Origin: Owenia fusiformis
Lineage: Eukaryota
Reading direction: 5' to 3'
NCBI GenBank assembly: GCA_903813345.2
Contig: CAIIXF020000001.1
Location: forward strand, 27,342,001-27,406,000
Length of the DNA: 64,000 nt
Part shown: positions 38,269 to 50,500 of the stretch, one piece after another
Layout: each line of letters begins with the position of its first letter
How positions within the stretch are numbered: the stretch's first letter is position 1
Position numbers and translations under genes: made by a program
Notes under the pieces: model-generated
The model's input: only the letters and a program-made list of their open reading frames with translations
The model's database searches: none
Told to the model about the DNA's origin: nothing

Positions 38269-41200
38269 CACTGCGTCAAAAGCACTTAAATCTCCATGGG
38301 ATTTATAAACTATTTAGTGATTATTAAGAAAAATAATTCAACAATCACCGTAAATAGTTGACCTTCGTTTAGATAGATATCACTAAATACCAACTAGGTA
38401 TTTAAGTCATATACCGTTTTTCAAATAACCCATGAATAGTGTTGGTTATTTATGATGTATTTATTTACTGCTTGGAATGTATTTGTAGTTTATTAACGTG
38501 TATTTATCATGTCATGTAAATACACAGGGGTATCCATTTGGATATTAATGCCATCTGACCCGAGTTACGTCATACATCTTATTTGATACCAATGAGTATT
38601 TATGGTATTTATAACGTAATGTTGATACTCTGATTGGATTTATTGAGTATCAATGGTCATTTAGCCCCAGTTTCGTCACGCTATTGGATTAATGATATAA
38701 ATACCTGAACGCATTTGCGCTAGATTATGAGGTATTTTCAAATTATTAGTCTGATCATCACTTTTTATGATAAATACATCAAGTGCTTATTTAAGGGTAC
38801 TAATAGCATAAAAACAGGATTTCTTAATGGATGGGGGGGGGGGGGCGCTGAGGTATATACTCTGTCCTGGTTATAATATTGAAGCATATTAATGCGATAT
38901 GACCCTGTTTCACTTTCATAAATGTGGCAAAAATGTACAATTTATTTTTAATAGCTTTATTAATAATCTATATCATGATTTTACATTAATTAAGCTTTGA
39001 TTGACATATAGGCCGGACATATAATCAGGCATTTACAGTCCATATTATGTTGTATATGAATGATGTAAAATTATACTATGAATCTACAGATTCACTGAAT
39101 CCAAACCTCTTCATTATGTCGTTTACTACAGGGTGACTAAAAGTAGGAGCAACCCGTAACACAGTTAATACATAAATAAAACAATAAATACTATTGCTTA
39201 ACGTTTATATTTTACCCATAATGAAGCTAAGGTAATCAAATTCCCTGAGTTTCATGTCTCTCATTCAAACGGTTCTTCTTTATTGTCTTTCAAAGACTGT
39301 GATCGGTTTCGCCTACTTGACCACACCAAAGTATTTCGTTTAACAGTTCTTTGGTCTATCAGAGGGTCCTATACAGTACGCTTTCTCTCATGGCTGCATG
39401 GACGTAATCTCCAAGTTTACGGTCCTGAATCCTTTTATCTTAGATCTTGATTAAAGCCTTCTGTTCTCCATAGTGGAGTTCTCAAGTTGACCGGCTTTGT
39501 CTCACTTTCGAACTCCTCGTCAGACACTATTTCGGTTGTTCCTCCAATACTCCACATATGGAATTGTCTCATTTACTGACCATCTTCCCTTCCCCCTGTA
39601 ATGAAATGGGAGGTTAACAGTTATATAAAATGCTTGAACTAAGGGGAAAAGCTTGCATAGCAATAACGTTACAATAAAATGTAGTCACAGGATTGTAAAT
39701 ATTTATTGACACAGGTGTGCACCTACTTGTTGCCATAGAATTGTACCTTCTTATTGCCACAGATTGTACCAACTTAATGCCAAGATTACCACAAGATTGT
39801 ACCTTACCTTTAGGCTTGCATAGCAATAACTTTACAATAAAATGTAGTCACAGGATTGTACATTCTTATTGACACAAGAGTGTACCTACTTATTAATTGC
39901 CATAGAATTGTACCTTCTTATTGCCACAAGATTGTACCTACTTATTGCCACAGGTTTGTACCTACTTATTGCCAAAGGGTTGTACCTACTTACGGCCACA
40001 TAATATTTACCTACTTCCTGCCACAGGATTGTACCTACTTACTGCCTCATGGCTGTACCTACTTACAGTCATAAGTGTACCTTCTAATTGCCGCAAGAGT
40101 GTACCTAAGTATAGCTACAGGATTGTACCTACTTATTGCCATAGGATTGTACCTATGTATAGTCATGGATTGTACCTACGATTAGCCACAAGATTGTACT
40201 TACGTATAGCCACAGGATTGTACCTACGTATAGCCAGAGGATTGTACCTACGTATAGCCACAGGATTGTACCTACTTATTCCCACAGGATTGTACCTACG
40301 TATAGCCACAGGATTGTACCTACGAATAGCCACAGGATTGAACCTACGTAGAGCCACAGGATTGTATCTACGTATAGCAACAGGATTGTACCTACTTATT
40401 GCCACAGGATTGTACCTACGTACAGCCACAGGATTGTACCTACGTATAGCCACAGGATTGTACCTACGTGTAGCCACAGGATTGTACCTACTTATTGCCA
40501 CAGGATTGTACCTTCTTATTGCCACAGGATTGTACCTACGTATAGTCACAGGATTGTACCTACGTATAGCCACAGGATTGTACCTACGTATAGCCACAGC
40601 ATTGTACCTACGTATAGCCACAGGATTGTACCTACGTATAGCCAGAGGATTGTACCTACGTCTGGCCACAGGATTGTTCCTACGTATAGCCACAGGATTG
40701 TACCTACGTATAGCCACATGATTGTACCTACTTATTGCCACAGGATTGTACCTACTTATTGCCATAGGATTGTTCCTACGTATAGCCACAGGATTGTACC
40801 TACGTATAGCCACAGGATTGCACCTACGTCTGGCCACAGGATTGTACTTACGTATAACCACAGGATTGTACCTACGTATAGCCACAGGATTGTACCTACG
40901 TATAGCCACAGCATTGTTCCTACGTATAGCCACAGGATTGAACCTACATATAACCCCAGGATTGTACCTACGTATAGCCACAGGATTGTTTCTACGTATA
41001 GCCACAGGATTGTACCTACGTCTTCCCACAGGATTGTACCTACGTATAGCCACAGGATTGTACCTACGTATAGCCAGAGCATTATACCTACGTATAGCCA
41101 CAGGATTGTACCTACGTATAGCCAGAGGATTGTACCTACGTATAACCACAGGATTGTACCTACTTATTCCCACAGGATTGTACCTACGTATAGCCACAGG

Positions 41201-44200
41201 ATTGTACCTACGAATAGCCACAGGATTGAACCTACGTAGAGCCACAGGATTGTATCTACGTATAGCAACAGGATTGTACCTACTTATTGCCACAGGATTG
41301 TACCTACGTACAGCCACAGGATTGTACCTACGTATAGCCACAGGATTGTACCTACGTGTAGCCACAGGATTGTACCTACTTATTGCCACAGGATTGTACC
41401 TACTTATTGCCACAGGATTGTACCTACGTATAGTCACAGGATTGTACCTACGTATAGCCACAGGATTGTACCTACGTATAGCCACAGCATTGTACCTACG
41501 TATAGCCACAGGATTGTACCTACGTATAGCCACAGGATTGTACCTACTTATTGCCACAGGATTGTTCCTACGTATAGCCACAGGATTGTACCTACGTATA
41601 GCCACATGATTGTACCTACTTATTGCCACAGGATTGTACCTACTTATTGCCATAGGATTGTTCCTACGTATAGCCACAGGATTGTACCTAAGAATAGCCA
41701 CAAGATTGTACCTACGTATAGCAACAGGATTGTACCTACGTATAGCCAGAGGATTGTACCTACGTATAGCTACATGACTGTACCTACCTATAGCCACAGG
41801 ATTGTACCTACGTATAGCCACAGGATTGTACCTATGTATAGCCACAGGATTGTACCTACGTATAGCCACAGGATTGTACCTACGTCTGGCCACAGGATTG
41901 TACCTACGTATAGCCACAGGATTGTACCTACGTATAGTCACAGCATTGTACCTACGTATAGCCACAGGATTGTACCTACGTATAGCCACAGGATTGTACC
42001 TACGTATAGCCACAGGATTGCACCTACGTCTGGCCACAGGATTGTACTTACGTATAACCACAGGATTGTACCTACGTATAGCCACAGGATTGTACCTACG
42101 TATAGCCACAGCATTGTACCTACGTAAAGCCACAGGATTGTACCTACATATAACCCCAGGATTGTACCTACGTATAGCCACAGGATTATTCCTACGTATA
42201 GCCACAGGATTGTACCTACGTCTTCCCACAGGATTGTACCTACGTATAGCCACAGGATTGTACCTACGTATAGCCAGAGCATTGTACCTACGTATAGCCA
42301 CAGGATTGTACCTACTTATTGCCACAGGATTGAACCTACTTACTGCCACAGGATTGTACCTACGTATAGCCACAGGATTGTACCTACTTATTGCCATAGG
42401 ATTGTACCTACGTATAGCCACAGGAATGTACCTACGAATAGCCACAAGATTGTACCTACGTATAGCCACAGGATAGTACCTACGTATAGCCACAGGATTG
42501 TACCTACGTATAGCCAGAGGATTGTACCTACGTCTGGCCACAGGATTGTACTTACGTATAGCCACAGGATTGTACCTACGTATAGTCACAGCATTGTACC
42601 TACGTAAAGCCACAGGATTGTACCTACATATAACCCCAGGATTGTACCTACGTATAGCCACAGGATTGTTCCTACGTATAGCAACAGGATTGTACCTACG
42701 TATAACCACAGGATTATACCTACGTATAACCACAGGATTGTACCTACGTCTGGCCACAGGATTGTACCTACTTATTGCCATAGGATTGTACCTACGTATA
42801 GCCACAGGATTGTACCTTCTTACTGCCACAGGATTGAACCTACGTATAGCCACAGGATTGTACCTACGTCTGGCCACAGGATTGTACCTACGTATAGCCA
42901 CAAGACTGTACCTACGTATAGTCACAGCATTGTACCTACGTATAGCCACAGGATTGTACCTACGTATAGCCACAGGATTGTACCTACGTATAGCCACAGG
43001 ATTGTACCTACGTATAGCCACAGGATTGTACCTACGTCTGGCCACAGGATTGTACCTACGTATAGCCACAGGACTGTACCTACGTATAGTCACAGCATTG
43101 TACCTACGTATAGCCACAGGATTGTACCTACGTATAGCCACAGGATTGTACCTACGTCTGGCCACAGGATTGTACCTACGTATAGCCACAGGATTGTACC
43201 AACGTATAGCCACAGGATTGTACCTACTTAAAGCCACAGGATTGTACCTACGTATAGCCACAGGATTGTACCTACGTATAGCCACAGGATTGTACCTACG
43301 TCTGGCCACAGGATTGTACCTACGTATAGCCACAGGATTGTACCTACGTATAGCCACAGCATTGTACCTACGTATGGCCACAGGATTGTACCTACGTATA
43401 GCCACAGGATTGTACCTACTTATTGCCACAGGATTGTACCTACTTACTCCCACAGGTTTGTACCTACTTACTGCCACAACATTGTATCTACTTACTGCCA
43501 GGGGATTGTTCCTACTTACTGCCACAGATTTGTTCCTTCTTATTGCTTCTTCTCCTTCTTATTACCTTCTTAGATTTTATCTACGTACTGTCTACTTACT
43601 GGTTTGTACCTTCTTATTGTCATAGGTTTGTACCTTCTTATTGCCACAAGATTATACCTACTTGCTGCCGTAGGTTTGTACCTTCTCATTGCCACAAGAT
43701 TGTACCTACTTATTGCCACAGGATTGTACCTACGTATTGCCACAGGTTTGTACCTACTTACAACCACGGGATCGTACCGGCAAACTAAATACATGAATAA
43801 AACTAAACTAAATACAAATGAAGCATCAAACTGCAATCGACTTTTTGTAGACGGTTTATTTATATTGTCCAGATTTATAAAATGGTAATACTTACTGTTT
43901 ACGGAGAAGATGAAGATAAATTCCATGTATACATAATTTCTCAAATATTTCATAGCATCGGATTTCGAAGCACGAATGGTGTGGTTATAAAGTGGTAATG
44001 TAAAATGTTTGATATTATGTGTATGACCGTTTTCGGAACTGAAAAACAAGACAAAACGTCTCCCCATCTTAACTGAAACTATTTCAAATCTTCATATGAC
44101 TGTATCATACATTAGCATTAGTGACCTACTTAGACATCCGACTGACACTTGTAATCTGATACTGCTACCTACTGATACGCTTGTACTTTATTAATGGTTA

Positions 44201-44488
44201 TTTACCGAAATATATCATAAATAACCAATGGGGTATTAAAAGGATTTAATTGAATTCCCTAAATCAGATAAATACCACGAGGTATTGTTGCATGGTTGAA
44301 ATAAGCAGTAAATAACCTAACTCATCGATGATATTTTGATAAATCGGGTAAATACGCACAAATAACCGAATAGATATAAACGTATAAATACAAACGTGTC
44401 CATTAATGTTCATTAAAGCGATTTTCGGGTTTAATAACCAACTAACGGTTTGCGGGATTTAGTGGTATTTACTTTATTTCACACAGTG
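38269..44488. mobile_element. Non-autonomous CACTA/EnSpm-like DNA transposon (6.2 kb) carrying a satellite
   Basis: TGA|CACTGCGTCAAA ... TTTCACACAGTG|TGA: CACTG termini and a 3-bp TSD (TGA). Inverted subterminal motifs (GTTGGTTATT, TTATTTACTGCTT, GGTTATTTATGAT) occur at both ends. Confidence 0.7.
39685..43765. repeat. 24-bp tandem satellite, roughly 165-170 units, with degenerate edges and a homogeneous core
   Basis: Consensus ACAGGATTGTACCTACGTATAGCC. It explains all the long repetitive ORFs between 39856 and 43888. Confidence 0.97.
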
Positions 44489-44544
44489 TGATGTTCTTTT
44501 TATAAGAAACTGAATCTGCAGATGGCAGTCCACAATTACTTGTT

Positions 44545-47500
44545 TTAGCTAGGCAGAGGGCATCCTGTGGTCCTCAGTAACTTGTTTGGAGTTCCCGTAG
44601 GCAGGTTCTTCAGAATATCACGCGTGGAAGACCTAAAACAGAACATTATTTATTTATATTTCAAGTGATATATTTTTATTTTTTATACAAAGAATAAATT
44701 AAAACAAGTGCAATCTTTTTACTGGTTTAATGGGTTGCTTTTGTTTATGAGCGTTGTTTTTGTTAGTTCACAATTCACATAGTAAAGTGAGTTATTGCAA
44801 TCACTGTACTTTATTTTCCAGTAACTGGTAACTTACTCTTTTACCCAATCCATTACTTCGATGTAAGTTTTATTAGGATTGTCGTGCCAGTATGCTGCCA
44901 TTGCCCCCGCCTGCAATATCAATATAATTGTAACGAGGCCAAGCAATGCTGCAAGAACGCGATTCTGCACAAATTAAAGAAGCACATGAATATTTGAAAG
45001 AAACTCCCACTCATATCTACTTATGAGTTTGCCAAACTTTTTGAGGGAAATGCATAAAAATGGGATGTATTGTTATACTTACGACATATGGAGTTGCCAT
45101 TGATGTGCCTATATTCAAACAGAAAAACAATATGATTTTACATACAATGCAATCATGGATAGATTACACACAATGCAACCATAGGTATGATATTACACAC
45201 AATGTAACCATGGCATATTGCACCCAACGCTAGCATAAATATGATATTACGTTTCAATGAACCATAGTTACAATCAAGCCAAGTCGAAAATGACAAGAAT
45301 GTAATTAGGCCATTGTTGTACGCAACTTATGAATATAATGAAGCTACAATTTCATAGAGAGCTACATTCTCAAAACGTACCTTGAACTGTTTTTTAACAA
45401 TAATGAAGTATATTACCTGACCATAACTCGTACGTCAATCCACCCCAATATTTAGGTGCAAGGATGTCCTTACTCTATAAAAGAAAGCTTTGTTTCTTAG
45501 TGAGAATGATGGTACAAAGACAGGATGAACACCTTCACTTCTGTGTAGCATACCAAGTACTATAGTTAGTAAATAAAGGCTCCGTCATATCGATACCAAG
45601 GATAACCTGGATTAGTTTTTTTTGAATGCCAAATCTGAAAGGTTGTATCAATCCGAAGCGAAAACCTATTGCGTCTTCAATTATAATGTCGTATTTTACC
45701 TACTAAATATGAAAGATTGTATCAATCCAAATCCAAATTGGGTTATACCTATAGCGCCATCAATCATAATATCGTGTTTTACCTCCTGGCATTTGATTTT
45801 ACTAACCGGTGCAATGATATCGACGCAGCTTCCATAACTTGATCCATATGATAATGTGTCCACCCACAGGTCGTCATTCATGTCAGAACCCCCGACTGTT
45901 ATTCTGCAATGGCAAATTATCTTTGTGAGAACCCCAACTTAAACCAAGTACAAGTTTTCTATGACGGTCATGTACGTCAGAACTACTGTATGTCTACAAT
46001 GACACTGACAAGTCATACCCCTCCCATCCCCCCCATCGTCATATATATAGAGCCCGGAACTGAATTTCCCAAAACATTCAAAAGTTGTTTTCCAGCTGCC
46101 AAACTTTTGGAGGATGAGTGTATGTAACTATCAAAAACCCTTGAATTTCCTACCCTACTGGAGATCGTGCTGGTGTGTTGTTGCAAGCGTCATTGTAGCT
46201 GTTACCTGCTGCAAGCGCTACAGGGACGCCCTGAAAAGTTAGTACATTATTGTTTGCATGTTTGTTTGCACGAATTTTTCACAATTTTTAATAATCACAT
46301 TTATTAATTTGCACCGAGTTCTGATTATGATGGCTATAATTTACTTACAGAATAGACATCTTGTATTCCAGCCAAATGTCTGTAAACGTTAATTCCCCTT
46401 AGTTACAATATAACAAAACCTACAAATACCCGGATGTAAATGTACTTACTTGTTCTAAATTCTATCATTTTGACCAAATCGTAGAAATCGATCCTTACCT
46501 CCTGGACTAGATTAGCCACAGCATCTTCTAAGGGTTCACAGGTGTAAAAAGTTGCACCCAACGATATGCTGAAAATCAAATCATTTTAGTTTGTGTCTAG
46601 TTGTTAGTTCATCATACATGATGACAGTGGAAGAAAGCAGTGCATAAAAACGATAACATTTATTACACTTTATTTAAGAAATCTTCACAATGAATTCCTG
46701 CTGGGTCATAATATTCGTTCTTGTACCCTCTCTCTCCCTAGGAAACTTTACAGAACTCCACTATTGTCCATGTATAAGATATTTGTTTAAGGATTTAAGC
46801 CCTGGAATGACCCTTCCTTGAAGATGTTGCTCTCCAAAATTTGCACGAGATGCGCAGCTTTGAGTTTTAATTTTATGAAACACACCCTAAGCAGACAGAG
46901 CCTGTGGGAAATATTGGGTGCGGAGCAAATGAGCGGAGGGTGCGGAGCTAACGGTCATTTTTTAATTTAAATTTGGGATATTTCTGAAACTAAGCCGTTT
47001 TGGGACTTCAAATGTACCAAGATATGTGTATTTGACACCAAATATCAATACAATTGTTAAAATAGTAGCGCAATTCATTCTATAGCGACGCAGTGTGCCT
47101 TAAACCTTTCCCAGACCTATATATTTTGAAATTATCCTTTTAATACTGAGTCCGCAGCATTCATAAAAAATGGTGTTCAAGGTACACTATCTATACAAAT
47201 TATTTCTCCATAAACGTACCTCCGCACCCAATATTTAGAGGGCCCGAGGGGGCTCATATCTGAAGAACATTTCCGAATTTTTATAAAATCACACAGATAC
47301 TGCCTGGCTTCCAAGATGCAAAAATAATTTGCATGGGTAGTGTATCTTGAACACCATTTTTTATGAATGCTGGGGACGCAGTATTAAAAGGATAGTCTCA
47401 AAATATATAGGCCTGGGAAATGTTCTCAATGGTTGAATCCGGGGCTTAAATTCTTTCCACACATTGCAAAATATTTTCTACCATGTCACTTAAAAGATAT

Positions 47501-50500
47501 GAAATCACTAAAAGAACATATTTTCAATGAAAAGTTTAACAAGGGTCAAGTTGGCAAAGCATCAATTTTAATCTGTATAGTCAAGTTGTCACCTTGGCAA
47601 CCACATACGGAATTACCTTGGATACTGAATGCTCTGCAGTTATATGAAATACTATGTTCGATTTGGCTGGAATCGGACACACCTTGCCTAGCTATGTGTG
47701 AATTGAAAGTAACTTACTTGACAATACTTTTACGATTTGAGGCCTGGATCTGTTGTTGTACCCAGCTTATCCCTGCCATCAGTGACCTTCAAATATACAT
47801 ATCTATGTTATGCTGCTATATTCAGTTCCTAGGTTCTATAAAACAAACTATATATATAGTTTGTTTTATAGAACCTAGGAACTGAATATAGCAGCATAAT
47901 CACTGGTACTCACCTAGTAACAAGATGGAAGAACTTCCGGACTTCGTTTTCGGTAAGATATTTTTATTTCTCGATTCTACACCACTTAGTCAAGTTGTGG
48001 ACAATAATTTGGCTCAAAGTTAAGGAAGATAGTCTAGTTTGAGAATATGCAGGCGGTTTTATGTTTGGTATATTAACGAAGACGCAATTCACATATTTAG
48101 TCCCTCGCTTTTTTTGTCACGTTGACGATCTTCATCAGAATATTGCCACATTGGCAATATTCATATACATATATATATATATATATATTCTCAAACTACA
48201 CTATCTTATAAAAATAGCTTACCGAAAACGAAGCCCGGAAATTCTTCCATCTTGTTACGCTGACGTTTCGTACCAGTGATAACCCTAAATTACCATTCTA
48301 AATATGCGTCCATTTTTTCTGTTATCCAATGCAATAGTGTAATTACTACGTATGCACACGGGTTTCAAAGTTGAGATTTTAACTCAAATACGGAAATCGT
48401 ATTTCAATTATTCGATGACAGAACCAATGTTTAAAAATACCAAGATCCGATAAAAGACTAAAGTATAATTTTTCATCTCGACTTACGCTATTGTAGCATA
48501 TGAAAAGTCATCAAATACTTTAACTGCGTGCATTCGAACTCCTGGTGCCACGCCATACTCCCCTCCAATTATTCCTGAAAAATATTCAGCAACTAGTGAT
48601 TTTGGAGGTATTGAGTGATTGAAGTGATTGAGTGAGTGAAGCAACGAGTGATTGTGTAAGCAATGGTGGTTGTGGAAGCAATACGTGTTTGAAAAAGCAA
48701 TGAGTGGTTGTGAAAGCAATACTAATAAGTGGTTGTGGAAGCAATGATTTATTGTGTCAAATCTATAGTTAATATTTAAATTACAAGCTTTACTATTTTG
48801 TAATGTACGATACCTGCCATTGCAGTTCCATGGCCTGGCGGAAAATCAGCCGCTTCATTGAGTTGAGATACAGAATTATATTTCTGAAATAATGAATAAG
48901 AACTCTAACATATGCTACAACAAAACTGAAACTGTAACAAGCCAAGAGAGCTTGAGCGCAAGCACATTCAGGCTAGGCGATTGGGCGCCGTAACCACGAG
49001 GTTGCGAGTTCGAGACGTGTGTGCTCCTTGTGTTTATTCATTTATATTTATCCAGTGACATTTTTACTAGATATAATATAGTATAAACTATAACTATAGA
49101 GTTGGTCCCTAAAATATCGAAGTTCAGACACCTTGATTCTTGTCACGCTTACCGATACAATGTTTCCATATTTTTGAAATGCAGGGTGGTCGTCGTATAT
49201 CCCCCTAAAATAAGAGATGGATACAAATTAAATGATAATCAAATGATCATATGAAGAAATCATATGGTTCTTTTATTTCAATATTGTGTGCAAACTTTAA
49301 CTTACGTGTCTATGATGTATACATCAACAGAGTCATAACCTTTCACTGGGTCTGTAACAAATGCACAACATTTACTTCAATGTACCAGACATTGACTCGG
49401 ATTTTTAGGATAACATAAAAGCCGCTGCAATGAGAAAGCACAAGGGAAATATTCAAAAACCGATTAACCTAATATGTAACCATAAAATAAATTGAGCCAT
49501 TTCGAATTGAAAGAAATTGGATTCACGAGAATAAACAAACAGAAGGCGAATATAACAAATTTAAAACTCATAGACTACTAATCAAAACAGTAGGCCTATG
49601 ATATACTAGTACCTATTTATGATTCATAAGGTATATTACCATTCATAATACTGCTTACTCACGCTAGCTTCTGGATTAAAATAATAGTTGAACCAAAATC
49701 TCATCTATAAAATATCGAAGGATGTTACATAATTACCGTAATCTGCCATGAAGGAATCATCCAACAGGAGTTCTTGGTCAATCCGATCAAGCCCCTAAAA
49801 CAAGACAATTTTTTGCTTTTAAATGTTCAAAACACAGTTAAGTCAAATTATAATATTCAAGTGTTAAATCGTGTACACTGTACACCGCGTACAGCGTTAA
49901 TTATATATTTATATCAAATCAAAATAATCTTTAAGAAGACAGAATAACTGATTGTCCATAATTTATTTGTTATTTTCATTTATTTTTTGTTATTTTCATC
50001 TAGTAAAATACAATACAGGAATCTTTCGTAGAGGACACTCAAAAGGGCTTTGTTGTCGATTTTAGTGTGTCCATGTTGACGTAAACATTTCTGTTTTCAC
50101 TATTAGGATAATGAAGTTATTAATTTTGTTGCCCTAAATTATCAAATTATGGCGAAAACTAGGATATTAAAATAAATTATAAAATAATAAATCAAATACT
50201 GTAGTGATGAGCAAAACATTCTGTTTGAATACTCACCCAAGATGAAGGAAACTTAGTTGTATCGGTGAATGCACAGGATTGCGTATCCAATATGATGTTT
50301 TCAGTAACACTATCTATTTCAGCATCCGTTCGTAATTCTTCTAAGAAACTAAAAGTAGTATGGAGTTCACACAATGAATTGTTGTAGGTTTAATGAATGA
50401 GTTTTATAAGCCTAGCACAAGGGAAACGAGAGTATTTAATCACGCACACAATCCTTTGAGTCCCAGGTCCTTTCCGAAAACCCTGTCACACTGCTATCCT

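Noticed and set aside
39685-43765. CRISPR-like array
   Set aside because: Units are directly adjacent with no unique spacers, the context is eukaryotic and there are no cas genes. The same applies to the 27-bp and 29-bp arrays.
39856-43888. Long ORFs (1120 aa RRYNPVAI; GLYLRIAT; HRIVPTYS) as protein-coding genes
   Set aside because: They are by-products of a 24-bp unit that is stop-free in four frames. There is no unique N- or C-terminal domain or signal peptide, and the array lies within a transposon-like element.
48940-49020. tRNA-like sequence (GGTTGCGAGTTCGAGAC)
   Set aside because: Only a B-box-like fragment with no cloverleaf; too degraded to call.
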